Program-made: the position numbers and the translations under genes
Virus record (IMG/VR): IMGVR_UViG_2802429245_000006
DNA length: 40,663 nt
Strand: one strand, 5' to 3'
DNA from: a virus
Lineage: Duplodnaviria; Heunggongvirae; Uroviricota; Caudoviricetes
The notes under the pieces: generated by a model
Told to the model about the DNA's origin: nothing
The model's input: only the letters and a program-made list of their open reading frames with translations
Database searches by the model: none
Shown here: piece after piece, positions 8,923 to 18,728 of the stretch
Layout: each line of letters begins with the position of its first letter
How positions within the stretch are numbered: the first letter of the stretch is position 1

Positions 8923-9795
8923 TCAGAAGAAAATCCAGTTCCATACAGCGCGGGCAACAGAGACCACCGAGTCACGGACGGCACGCAGAACCGTGCGTGC
9001 AACAGAGGCAATACAGACGCTCTCCGCCGTGTCAAATATCCGGTCCACCGCACCGGTAAACTGTTCACGGGCCTGAGACCGGACAGATTCCGTGCGCAGT
9101 TCGTCCTGCAGGCGGGTCATCAGGGGACTGGCGGCATGGTCGGGAAGCGCTGTCATGAGCGCACTGACCAGCGTATCCAGTTCCCAGCCGGTGCGGGCCG
9201 ATACGGCAACAACAGGATGTACGGGCCGGAACAGACGGAATACCACCTCCGTTTTTTCGCGAATGTTCTGTGCCTGTGCGGGAGAAGGCTGAATGCCGGC
9301 CATATCCCATTCATGGCAGGGTTCGGTTTTGTCGGCCTGTGTCACCACAAACAGCACCTGCTGATGTCCCCGGTGCAGGATGTGTCGCCAGAAATACTCA
9401 TCCACAGACAGGGCACGGTCATCGGCTTTAATCAGCCACAGTACCAGGTCAAGTTCAGGCAGAATGTTACGGTACAGGGCTTCATACTCTGCATCCCTGT
9501 CCCGGCTCTCGCCCACCCCGGGCAGGTCAGTGATAATCATGCTGTGACCGTGGCCACTCAGACGGAAGCGCCGCACTTCCCGGGTGCCGGCGTGAACATC
9601 ACTGACCGGGGTGACCTCCCCCTGAAACAGCGCATTACAGAGTGAAGATTTACCGGCCCCGCTTTTCCCCATAATGCCAATCACGGGTTCGTGGCTGGTG
9701 AGTTTACGCAGATGTTCCAGGATGTGACGGGAAAGCGAATAAGGCAGGGAGGAGAGCGGTTTTTCAATTGCCTCAATGGCATCAGACGGATTCAT
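8923..9795 (-). CDS. yeeP: YeeP/YkfA/YfjP-family GTPase (50S ribosome-binding GTPase fold)
   Basis: From the ATG at 9793-9795: MNPSDAIEAIEKPL...; P-loop GIMGKSGAGKSS and DLPG motif. Appears intact at 290 aa. Confidence 0.85.
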   Translation of the reverse strand: MNPSDAIEAIEKPLSSLPYSLSRHILEHLRKLTSHEPVIGIMGKSGAGKSSLCNALFQGEVTPVSDVHAGTREVRRFRLSGHGHSMIITDLPGVGESRDRDAEYEALYRNILPELDLVLWLIKADDRALSVDEYFWRHILHRGHQQVLFVVTQADKTEPCHEWDMAGIQPSPAQAQNIREKTEVVFRLFRPVHPVVAVSARTGWELDTLVSALMTALPDHAASPLMTRLQDELRTESVRSQAREQFTGAVDRIFDTAESVCIASVARTVLRAVRDSVVSVARAVWNWIFF

Positions 9796-10125
9796 ATATG
9801 TATTCCCGGTGAAAAAAGACAAAACCCCGCGCACCGGAAAGGTGGCGGGGGATTCACGGAGATAATATCTGTCTGAAATTATTTAGGATGCAGGTATCTT
9901 CAGATAATCGCACCTCCAGAATTTTATTCTTAATAGTTGAATAGTGGTATTTGGTTTCCCTGAGAGAATATAAAGGTGAATCATGCTGTATTGAGTTTGA
10001 TTCTATTTGTACTGAGACAGGTATCTTCATGATTATAATCAAAAGTCGGGTGGATTGGTCTGGCGCTCATTATTTTTTCGAATAAACTCACTAATTATTG
10101 TAACAATCCCAAAGGAGATGATTTT

Positions 10126-10308
10126 ATGTATAATTGTGGTGAATCATATTCAGAATACGACATATCATTATCTGACGATGAAAACTATAACGATGACTAT
10201 TATCGTGAACGCCCGTGCCCGGGAGAAGTTTTCGGCTATGATAATACTGAGGATAATGATGAGGCGGCATCTGATTATGCATTAAAAATAAATGAAAACT
10301 CTGATTAA
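10126..10308 (+). CDS. Small highly acidic protein (60 aa), function unknown
   Basis: ATG at 10126 preceded by AAAGGAG at good spacing; about one third D/E plus many Tyr; lies in an AT-rich ORF-poor tract. Confidence 0.4.
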   Translation: MYNCGESYSEYDISLSDDENYNDDYYRERPCPGEVFGYDNTEDNDEAASDYALKINENSD

Positions 10309-10527
10309 GACGGGGGTAACTGATAATAAGACAATCAATGACAGATATTAATGAATGAACATAATCAGGCGCTCAATACTTGATTTAATCTGGGCGCCTG
10401 ATTAAAATCCGAGGTGACATATAATAATTTTCATCAAAATAGTTTTTATGTACTAACTAAGCAGGATTTAAACCTCTATTTCTGGGCATTTGTTATCACT
10501 TAATCCATTACTGCTCCTCCTTCAGCA

Positions 10528-11112
10528 TATGTCGTATCCGTTGAAGGATTTACGCATATCGGTAATGCCGGCACCCAGCCAGATGCGGGTACCTGACGGG
10601 AGTGAGATCATTGTCCCCTCCCGCTCAGTTCACGGAGCAACACTGTGAGCAGATCTGGTGAAGGATTTTCCAGCGTCATGTTACCGTGACGGAACTCCAC
10701 CTTGCAGGAGCTGGCACTGACAGTAGTCTGGGTGGATAAAGACGGAGTAAGAGCAGCCACCGGTTCTTGCGGCTCATCCGGCGTTATCTCCACAGGTAAT
10801 AATTCAACGCCAGTGTCAGAAGAGGTTGTTACCGGAAGACGCCGCGATATACGCCCTTCGTTTTGCCAAAGTCTGAGCCATTTGAAAATAACATTATCAT
10901 TGACGCCATTTTCTCGAGCAATCTGGGCCACACAAGCACCGGGTTGTGATGCCAGTTCAACCATACGAAGTTTGAATTCATTCGAATACTTTTTACGAGG
11001 TTCTTTTCGCCAGTCCTGTAATTCCATACTTAGATGTCCGTCTGTGTCAGATGGGCGTCTAAGTTACCAATTCTTGTCTAATGGCTACATACGGCGGTCG
11101 GTTTACGCTTAC
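10528..11112 (-). mobile_element. IS66-family remnant (terminal repeat, tnpA, 5' stub of tnpB)
   Basis: Minus-strand terminus GTAAGCGTAAACC ends at 11112. tnpA is followed by a tnpB start (MISLPSGTRIW...) overlapping the tnpA stop in ATGA at 10608-10611. tnpB homology ends near 10528. Confidence 0.65.
10608..11027 (-). CDS. tnpA: IS66-family accessory protein TnpA
   Basis: 139-aa ORF with ...YSNEFKLRMVELASQPGACVAQIARENGVNDNVIFKWLRLWQNEG..., the TnpA pattern recalled from IS66-family elements. Confidence 0.65.
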   Translation of the reverse strand: MELQDWRKEPRKKYSNEFKLRMVELASQPGACVAQIARENGVNDNVIFKWLRLWQNEGRISRRLPVTTSSDTGVELLPVEITPDEPQEPVAALTPSLSTQTTVSASSCKVEFRHGNMTLENPSPDLLTVLLRELSGRGQ

Positions 11113-11865
11113 CTTGTTCTGGAAAAGCTGGAGATGAAATGGTCTCCAGAGCAAATATCAGGATGGTTAAGGCGAACAAAACCACGTCAAAAAACGCTGC
11201 GAATATCACCTGAGACAATTTATAAAACGCTGTACTTTCGTAGCCGTGAAGCGCTACACCACCTGAATATACAGCATCTGCGACGGTCGCATAGCCTTCG
11301 CCATGGCAGGCGTCATACCCGCAAAGGCGAAAGAGGTACGATTAACATAGTGAACGGAACACCAATTCACGAACGTTCCCGAAATATCGATAACAGACGC
11401 TCTCTGGGGCATTGGGAGGGCGATTTAGTCTCAGGTACAAAAAACTCTCATATAGCCACACTTGTAGACCGAAAATCACGTTATACGATCATCCTTAGAC
11501 TCAGGGGCAAAGATTCTGTCTCAGTAAATCAGGCTCTTACCGACAAATTCCTGAGTTTACCGTCAGAACTCAGAAAATCACTGACATGGGACAGAGGAAT
11601 GGAACTGGCCAGACATCTAGAATTTACTGTCAGCACCGGCGTTAAAGTTTACTTCTGCGATCCTCAGAGTCCTTGGCAGCGGGGAACAAATGAGAACACA
11701 AATGGGCTAATTCGGCAGTACTTTCCTAAAAAGACATGTCTTGCCCAATATACTCAACATGAACTAGATCTGGTTGCTGCTCAGCTAAACAACAGACCGA
11801 GAAAGACACTGAAGTTCAAAACACCGAAAGAGATAATTGAAAGGGGTGTTGCATTGACAGATTGA
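11113..11865 (+). pseudogene. insI: IS30 transposase InsI, N-terminally truncated
   Basis: Translation ...LVLEKLEMKWSPEQISGWLRRTKPRQKTLRISPETIYKTLYF...[15 protein letters not shown] is the C-terminal two thirds of the IS30 transposase. The 387-aa ORF-track frame is a chimeric read-through. Confidence 0.85.
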
Positions 11866-11872
11866 ATCTACA
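11113..11872 (+). mobile_element. IS30 3' fragment, 5'-truncated by the IS66-family insertion
   Basis: Sequence from cttgttctggaaaagctggagatgaaatgg to the terminal ...attgacagattgaatctaca matches the IS30 right half and terminal repeat. Confidence 0.85.
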
Positions 11873-12207
11873 GTAGCCTTTTTTAATATTTCATTCTCCA
11901 TTTCAATGCGTTGTAGCTTTTTCCTCAGCTCACGTATTTCGATTTGTTCTGGTGTTATCGGAGAGGCTTTTGGTGTTTTGCCCTGACGCTCATCACGCAG
12001 TTGTTTGACCCATCTTGTCATTGTGGAAAGGCCAACATCCATAGCTTTGGCGGCATCTGCCACCGTGTAGTTCTGGTCAACAACCAGTTGAGCGGATTCG
12101 CGTTTAAACTCTGCGCTGAAATTTCTTTTTTTCATTGGAGCACCTGTGTTGTTCTGAGGTGAGCATATCACCTCTGTTCAGGTGGCCAAATTCAGTGTGC
12201 CACTTCA
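11873..12207 (-). mobile_element. IS911 5' fragment (left IR plus orfA codons 1-88), interrupted by IS30
   Basis: Minus-strand end TGAAGTGGCACACTGAATTTGGCCACCTGAACAGAGGTGATATGCTCACC... and orf[47 protein letters not shown]... stop matching IS911 after ...EILKKAT at the IS30 junction (11872/11873). Confidence 0.85.
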
Positions 12208-12541
12208 CTCGAACCCCAAGACCGGCAATGGAATCGCTTTGTAGAGCTAGAGTTAGTGCCGCATCCTCGTATTGAGCACAGCGAAGCGATTGAGCTAGAC
12301 TATGGCATGACGGGGGGCGCTCTAAAGGTTGAGATTAGAGCGGCCTCGGCAGGCTACTTACTCAGACAATGGAATGTGGATTGTTCTACCAACGCCACAC
12401 TCCAAGATGGTGGAGCTCAATTGTACTTAAAGAACAGAGCAACACTTTATGGAGTTAAAAACATCATGCTAGCTCCAGGGATTGAAAAAGAACTTGGTAA
12501 CTAATGCACAAAAACGAACTTGGCGCAGGGAATAAATTTTG

Positions 12542-15500
12542 ATGAAAATAATCGATAACCTTAACAACCTATTAGGTGACGAGCTTCAACAGACGCTGAC
12601 ACCGAATACAAAGTTAAAGATTGCTGCGTCTTGCTTTTCTATTTATGCGTATGAGGCTCTCAAAAAGGAGTTAGCGAAGATAGACTCACTTGAGTTCATC
12701 TTCACATCACCTACTTTTGTCGCAGATGAAGTTACCGATAAATTCAAAAAAGAAAAACGAGAGTTCTTTATTCCCAAAGCAGGGCGTGAACGCAGCCTTT
12801 ACGGAACTGACTTTGAAATACAGTTAAAGAACAAGCTCACTCAAAAGGCGATCGCCAAAGAGTGTGCAAACTGGATCAGAAAGAAAGCGACATTCAAATC
12901 AAACAAAACTGATTCTCCAATGCAGTCGTTTGTTGTGACGGAAGCACCTAGACAGCAAACAGAGACAATGAGTGCAGTTTTTGCTCCGGTTAGCGGGTTT
13001 ACGGCGGTTGATCTAGGGTATCAGCGAGGAAATGCTATTTCGAATTTTGTGCAAAAAATCGATGAGCCAAATTTCACAGCCCAGTACTTACAGTTATTCG
13101 ACCAAATTTGGAAAGACCCTGCGAAGCTTCAAGATGTTACTAAAACAATTTGCGAGCATATAGAGTCTGTCTACCAGGAAAACTCGCCTGAGAAAGTCTA
13201 TTTCATTATTTTGTATAACATTTTTAATGAGTTCCTTGATGATATTACAGAGGATGTATTACCAAATGATCGAACCGGCTATCAGGACACCTTGATTTGG
13301 AACAAGTTATTCAACTACCAAAAAGATGCCGCGACTGGGATTATCAATAAGTTAGAGACCTATAACGGCTGCATTCTGGCTGATAGTGTTGGTCTTGGTA
13401 AAACATTTACAGCGTTAGCTGTCATCAAGTATTACGAGCTCAGGAACAAGTCCGTACTTCTACTGTGTCCGAAAAAATTGGCAGATAACTGGCTCAACTT
13501 TAATCGAAACTTAAAGACAAATATCTTTGCTAAAGACCGTTTTAGTTACGATGTTTTGTGTCACACAGATTTGAGCCGAATCTCTGGCGAATCCTTCGGT
13601 ACTCCGTTGAATAGAATAAACTGGGGTAACTATGACTTGGTCGTCATTGATGAGTCGCATAACTTTAGAAATAACGATGCAGTGAAAGATCGAGAAACCC
13701 GATATCAGAAACTGATGAATAAAGTTATTCGGGCTGGCGTGAAAACCAAAGTCCTGATGCTATCAGCGACACCAGTGAATAATAGATTTACTGACCTGAG
13801 AAACCAGCTTGCGTTAGCTTATGAAGGCGAGTCGAGCAATCTCACAAAGCATCTTAAAACCACAAAAAGCGTAGAACAGATCTTCAACCAAGCACAAGCC
13901 GCATTTAACGCTTGGTCCAAACTCGACCCAGAGACGCGAACAGCTAAAGCCATACTCGATGCCTTAGATTTCGACTTTTTTGAACTGCTTGATAGCGTCA
14001 CTATCGCTCGCTCACGAAAGCACATCACAACATTCTACGACACAACAGATATTGGCCATTTCCCTGAACGTAACAAGCCAATCTCGTTTCATTGTCCGCT
14101 TACTACTCGTTCGGATGTAGTTAGCCTGAATGAGATCTTTGAACAGCTTAAGCTACTCAAACTATCTGTTTATGCGCCAGTGAGTTATATCCTCCCGAGT
14201 AGATTGAAGAAATATGAGGAGATGTATGACACGGAAGTTGAAGGCGGAAAAGGTAAGTTAAAGCAAAGCGACCGTGAAAAAAGTTTGGTTGCATTGATGA
14301 CAACGAACCTCCTAAAGCGTCTTGAGAGCTCCGTATACTCGTTCAGAAGCACCTTGCAATCTCTCCATGATAACCATGTTCGTGTTCTAGGTATTATCGA
14401 CGAATTCTATAAGCGAGACGGGCAAACCGAAGTGAGCAGTCTCGTTGAAGCGCTAGAGTCTATTGAAGCAGATGAAGACGATATGCCTTCTTATCACGAT
14501 ATGGAAATCGGTAACAAAATCAAAATTAAGCTAATGGATATGGATCTTCCATCCTGGCAGCAGGATTTAGATGGCGATTTGGAGCTGATCAAAGGGTTAC
14601 TAGATTCTGTTAGCAAAATTAAGCCAGAAGAAGATGCTAAGTTGCAGCATCTGAAATCACATATTGCTGCAAAAATAAATAATCCGATAAATCCTGGAAA
14701 CCGGAAAATCATCGTGTTCACGGCGTTTGCTGACACCGCTCAGTATCTGTACGAGCAGTTGTCACCTGTGATGTTAAGCGAGCATAGAATCCATACTGCG
14801 ATGATCACTGGTGGTGCCAGTTTACCTAAGACCACCTTAAAAACCGGACGAAAAGGTTACGACACACAAGAAGTGCTCACCTTGTTTTCTCCAGTTTCCA
14901 AATCGAAAGCCAGTGTATTACCTGACGAACCCGCTGAAATCGATTTGTTGATTGCTACAGACTGTATCTCTGAAGGGCAGAACTTACAGGATTGCGATTA
15001 CTTAATTAACTTTGATATTCATTGGAATCCAGTTCGGATTGTTCAGCGCTTTGGGCGTGTTGACCGTATTGGCTCGGCGAATAAATGTATTCAGTTAGTT
15101 AACTACTGGCCTGATATATCGCTGGATGAGTACATCAACTTAAAAGAACGTGTTGAAAGTCGAATGACGATTGTTGACGTAACAGCGACCGGTGATGACA
15201 ACGTTCTAAGTTGTCAAGCGAATGATGTGTCGTACCGTAAAGAGCAGTTAAAGAAACTACAAGAAGAAGTCATCGAGCTTGAAGATTTAAAAACGGGGGT
15301 TTCTATCACCGATCTAGGTCTAAACGAATTTCGAATGGACCTGCTAAATCTAATGAAACTCTACGGCGAACCAAGAAATGCACCAAGCGGCATGCATGCG
15401 GTGGTTGAGGCTAAGCCAGAATTAGGGTTATTGCCTGGCGTGGTGTTTGCGCTGAAAAACGTTAATAACAGTATCGATAGAGATCTGCAAAACAGGCTCC

Positions 15501-15874
15501 ACCCTTATTACCTTGTCTATGTATCGAATGAAGGGGACATCGTCGCTAATCATTTTGAGGTAAAGAGACTATTAGATTTAATCCGAAGTAGCTGTAAAGG
15601 TCAAACAGCACCGCTCAGTGAGATTTGTGCTTTATTTAATCGCTTAACGCAAGACGGTCGAGATATGCAGTGTTACTCTCACCTTCTAACAGATGCCATA
15701 AAAAGCATGGTTGAAGTTAAGGAAGAAAAAGATATTGATAGTTTGTTCAATGGTGGCGCTACCTCAGCTTTAGTGAATACATTTGCCGGGCTTGATGACT
15801 TTGAATTGCTGGCATTTATTGTGATCCAGCAAAAGCACCTGATGGAAAATAGTGCTCAGGATGAGGTTAGCTAG
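12542..15874 (+). CDS. SNF2-family helicase/ATPase with an unassigned ~250-aa N-terminal domain
   Basis: Motif I ADSVGLGKT, motif II VVIDESHNFRN, motif III LMLSATPVNN, C-terminal helicase motifs ...TDCISEGQNLQ... and QRFGRVDRIGS; 1110 aa from the ATG at 12542. Low-GC coding sequence. Confidence 0.85.
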   Translation: MKIIDNLNNLLGDELQQTLTPNTKLKIAASCFSIYAYEALKKELAKIDSLEFIFTSPTFVADEVTDKFKKEKREFFIPKAGRERSLYGTDFEIQLKNKLTQKAIAKECANWIRKKATFKSNKTDSPMQSFVVTEAPRQQTETMSAVFAPVSGFTAVDLGYQRGNAISNFVQKIDEPNFTAQYLQLFDQIWKDPAKLQDVTKTICEHIESVYQENSPEKVYFIILYNIFNEFLDDITEDVLPNDRTGYQDTLIWNKLFNYQKDAATGIINKLETYNGCILADSVGLGKTFTALAVIKYYELRNKSVLLLCPKKLADNWLNFNRNLKTNIFAKDRFSYDVLCHTDLSRISGESFGTPLNRINWGNYDLVVIDESHNFRNNDAVKDRETRYQKLMNKVIRAGVKTKVLMLSATPVNNRFTDLRNQLALAYEGESSNLTKHLKTTKSVEQIFNQAQAAFNAWSKLDPETRTAKAILDALDFDFFELLDSVTIARSRKHITTFYDTTDIGHFPERNKPISFHCPLTTRSDVVSLNEIFEQLKLLKLSVYAPVSYILPSRLKKYEEMYDTEVEGGKGKLKQSDREKSLVALMTTNLLKRLESSVYSFRSTLQSLHDNHVRVLGIIDEFYKRDGQTEVSSLVEALESIEADEDDMPSYHDMEIGNKIKIKLMDMDLPSWQQDLDGDLELIKGLLDSVSKIKPEEDAKLQHLKSHIAAKINNPINPGNRKIIVFTAFADTAQYLYEQLSPVMLSEHRIHTAMITGGASLPKTTLKTGRKGYDTQEVLTLFSPVSKSKASVLPDEPAEIDLLIATDCISEGQNLQDCDYLINFDIHWNPVRIVQRFGRVDRIGSANKCIQLVNYWPDISLDEYINLKERVESRMTIVDVTATGDDNVLSCQANDVSYRKEQLKKLQEEVIELEDLKTGVSITDLGLNEFRMDLLNLMKLYGEPRNAPSGMHAVVEAKPELGLLPGVVFALKNVNNSIDRDLQNRLHPYYLVYVSNEGDIVANHFEVKRLLDLIRSSCKGQTAPLSEICALFNRLTQDGRDMQCYSHLLTDAIKSMVEVKEEKDIDSLFNGGATSALVNTFAGLDDFELLAFIVIQQKHLMENSAQDEVS

Positions 15875-15877
15875 TTT

Positions 15878-16564
15878 ATGAACTCACCTTGGATATTTCC
15901 TGACAACGCAAAGTTCGGTCGAGTCGTGCCTAAGAACAAAATATATGAGCACAGCGCGGCAAGCACTGGGTTGAAGTCACTTTTTGTAGAGCAAGTAGAG
16001 CAAATCCTTTGGGCTTACAAGCTATCGCCTAGCACGCTGAATATTCCTCAAACCAGTGAGGTCAGTGAAATACAGGTTTTCAGTGTGAAGCTTAAAGGTG
16101 ACTCGATAGACGACAGCGTACTAAAAGCCATTGATTTGGCGATACCTTTTCCCATTCTATTTGAGGTATGGGAAGCTCGCGGTGAGCAAGGCCACTACGT
16201 TGCTTGCTATAAGCGTAAGGCAGAAAATGATCAGTCAAAATGGTTTTGTAGCCGCTATTTACGTTCAGAAACCTTCTATTCAAGTGATTCATTAGCAGTG
16301 ACTTCAGAAGTTTTGGGTTTGCCTACCGCTATCGATATGGCGGAGCTGTATCAAAAGCTTCTTACTCGCTTGTTACCCATACCCCAACGAGCCGCTGAGA
16401 GTATAGAAGAGGCTATTCAACGCCTGGAGGCAATTCAGGCATTGGAAAAGCAAATCTCGCAATATAAGAAGAAGGTTCATGCCGAGAAACAGTTTAACCG
16501 CAAGGTTGAGCTCAATAAGCAGTTAAAGAATTTAAGGTGCGAGCTTCAAGAGTTACTCGCATAA
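15878..16564 (+). CDS. Small accessory protein (DUF4391-like, with C-terminal coiled coil)
   Basis: 228-aa ORF starting 3 nt after the helicase stop. Family assignment is from recalled gene neighbourhoods, not a verified match. Confidence 0.55.
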   Translation: MNSPWIFPDNAKFGRVVPKNKIYEHSAASTGLKSLFVEQVEQILWAYKLSPSTLNIPQTSEVSEIQVFSVKLKGDSIDDSVLKAIDLAIPFPILFEVWEARGEQGHYVACYKRKAENDQSKWFCSRYLRSETFYSSDSLAVTSEVLGLPTAIDMAELYQKLLTRLLPIPQRAAESIEEAIQRLEAIQALEKQISQYKKKVHAEKQFNRKVELNKQLKNLRCELQELLA

Positions 16565-16637
16565 AGAATAAACAATTTCAATCAGTTAAATAGTGCCACA
16601 TGCTTTTTATGCAAGGCATCACGCAAAAGGTGAACAC

Positions 16638-18629
16638 ATGGACAAATTAAAGATGCACAGCCCCGACATGACGCAGCAAAACATAGAGAAAATTCAGGCG
16701 TTGTTTCCGAACTGTGTGACGGAATCAAGAGGAGCTAACGGAGAGCTAAAGTTAGTCATTGATTTTGACCAACTTAAACAAGAGCTATCAAATTCAATCG
16801 TTGAAGGCCCGCAAGAGCGCTATCAGCTGAACTGGCCCGGTAAGCGAGAAGCACTACTAACAGCGAATGCACCTATTGCCAAAACCTTAAGACCTTGTCG
16901 AGAAGAAAGTGTCAATTTTGACACCACTAAAAACCTCTTTATTGAAGGCGATAACCTTGATGCATTGAAACTGCTACAAGAGGCATATATTGGAAAAGTC
17001 AAATTAATATATATTGATCCACCTTATAACACCGGTAATGACTTTATATATGAAGACGATTTTTCTGAAAATGCAGAGAGCTTCTTAATAAAGTCCAACC
17101 AGAAAGATAGTGATGGTAATAAATTAGTAGCGAATACAGAAGCTAATGGCAGATTTCACTCGGATTGGCTAAGCATGATGTACTCACGTTTGAAATTGGC
17201 TCGTAATCTACTAAGTGATGAAGGAGCTGTGATTATCTCAATTGATGAGAATGAACACAGCAACATAGTGAAATTAGGTGGTCTTATATTTGGCGATGAA
17301 AACTTTTGTGGCGAAATAGTCTGGAAAAATAGTAGTAAAAATGACCAGAAATATGTCTCAATACAACACGAATACCTTGTTATATTTGTTAAATCAAAGC
17401 AAAACAATAAGGGGGATTGGGTTGAGAAAAAAGAAGGCCTAGACCAAATTTATCAAGCGTTTGATGGTTTTAAACGCAAACATGGCAATGACTGGGATGC
17501 AATACATGCAGATGCGCTTGAATGGTATAGGAGTTTCCCTGCATCCAATCCAATTTCATCAAGTAAACATTATAGCTGGATGGACGAGCGCGGTGTATAT
17601 TTCCCAGATAATATTTCAGGCCCAAACGATGGTCAGTATGTTTATGACGTCATCCATCCTGTGACTAACAAACCATGCAAAATGCCTTCTACAGGATGGC
17701 GCTATCCAGAATCAACGTTAATTGAAAGAATAGCTGATAATCGAGTGCACTTTGGAAAGGATCATAAAACTGTTCCAAACAATAAAACGTATCTAAAAGA
17801 TACTGAATATCAGAGCCTTACGAGCATGCGCTTCGTTGATGGTCGCAGCGCTTCTAAAAGGCTGCAAACCCTTTTCGGTGATAAAGTTTTTACAAACCCT
17901 AAAGATGAAATTTTATTAAAAGATTTATTTAAAGCAATTGGTGTATCAGAAAAAGATATAGTCCTTGATTTCTTTGCAGGTTCTGCATCGACGATACATG
18001 CTGTTTTTGAACTCAATAAAGAAACTGGCAGTAATTGTTCGTGTATCCTAGTGCAGCTTCCAGAAGATCTGAAAGAAATGTTAAAAACGGCTAAAGGTTC
18101 TGCTAAGAAAGTCACGCAGAACGCTATCAATTATTTGAAAAATAAAGGCCTACCACAAACAATTAGTGAAATTGCAAAAGAACGTATTCGACTTTCGGGG
18201 CAAAAGTATACCGAAGATTTCGATATTGGATTCCGAGTTCTCAAAGTAGATACCTCCAACATGGCGGATGTGTACTACTCTCCAGATCAAGTTACTCAGG
18301 GTTCGTTAGACTTATTGGTAGATAATATTAAAGCAGACCGCACTGATGAAGATTTACTTTTCCAGGTTCTACTTGATTGGGGCGTCGATTTAACCTTGCC
18401 AATTAGAAAAGAAACGATTCAAGGTAAATCGGTATTCTTTGTCGATGATGATGCACTGGTGGCCTGTTTTGATCTGCGCATAAATGAAGCTTTGATTAAA
18501 GAGTTAGCCACAAAAGAGCCACTTCGCGTAGTGTTCCGTGATGACGGCTTTGAGTCTGATGCAGTAAAAATCAATGCTGAGCAGATTTTCAAGCAAGTGT
18601 CGCCACATACTGAAGTTAAAGCGATATAA
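16638..18629 (+). CDS. mod: Type III Mod-like N6-adenine DNA methyltransferase (beta class)
   Basis: Catalytic motif [12 protein letters not shown] precedes AdoMet motif [12 protein letters not shown], the order typical of Type III Mod. ATG at 16638 with AAGGTG upstream; the ORF-track frame begins 15 codons earlier. Confidence 0.85.
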   Translation: MDKLKMHSPDMTQQNIEKIQALFPNCVTESRGANGELKLVIDFDQLKQELSNSIVEGPQERYQLNWPGKREALLTANAPIAKTLRPCREESVNFDTTKNLFIEGDNLDALKLLQEAYIGKVKLIYIDPPYNTGNDFIYEDDFSENAESFLIKSNQKDSDGNKLVANTEANGRFHSDWLSMMYSRLKLARNLLSDEGAVIISIDENEHSNIVKLGGLIFGDENFCGEIVWKNSSKNDQKYVSIQHEYLVIFVKSKQNNKGDWVEKKEGLDQIYQAFDGFKRKHGNDWDAIHADALEWYRSFPASNPISSSKHYSWMDERGVYFPDNISGPNDGQYVYDVIHPVTNKPCKMPSTGWRYPESTLIERIADNRVHFGKDHKTVPNNKTYLKDTEYQSLTSMRFVDGRSASKRLQTLFGDKVFTNPKDEILLKDLFKAIGVSEKDIVLDFFAGSASTIHAVFELNKETGSNCSCILVQLPEDLKEMLKTAKGSAKKVTQNAINYLKNKGLPQTISEIAKERIRLSGQKYTEDFDIGFRVLKVDTSNMADVYYSPDQVTQGSLDLLVDNIKADRTDEDLLFQVLLDWGVDLTLPIRKETIQGKSVFFVDDDALVACFDLRINEALIKELATKEPLRVVFRDDGFESDAVKINAEQIFKQVSPHTEVKAI

Positions 18630-18638
18630 GGAGGGATC

Positions 18639-18728
18639 ATGACAAATTTTACCGGATTAAAATTTGCACACAGCCTTGTCGCAGACAAGGTGTGCCCGAA
18701 GTGTTGCGTACATGGAGGTGCGCAATGA
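18639..18728 (+). CDS. Possible 29-aa leader peptide (uORF) coupled to res
   Basis: ATG at 18639 is 4 nt after AGGAGG; translation [29 protein letters not shown]; its TGA overlaps the res ATG (ATGA at 18725-18728). Confidence 0.3.
   Translation: MTNFTGLKFAHSLVADKVCPKCCVHGGAQ

Noticed and set aside
8854-9645. 263-aa plus-strand ORF
   Set aside because: Antisense to the yeeP-like GTPase gene, whose P-loop motifs identify the true coding strand.
10702-11865. 387-aa plus-strand ORF
   Set aside because: It is a chimeric open frame: its 5' part is antisense to IS66-family tnpA and only the portion from about 11113 is IS30 transposase. Called as a truncated IS30 transposase pseudogene instead.
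12256-12504. 82-aa plus-strand ORF between the IS911 end and the helicase start
   Set aside because: No convincing RBS and no recognisable family; more likely the promoter/leader region of the helicase operon.
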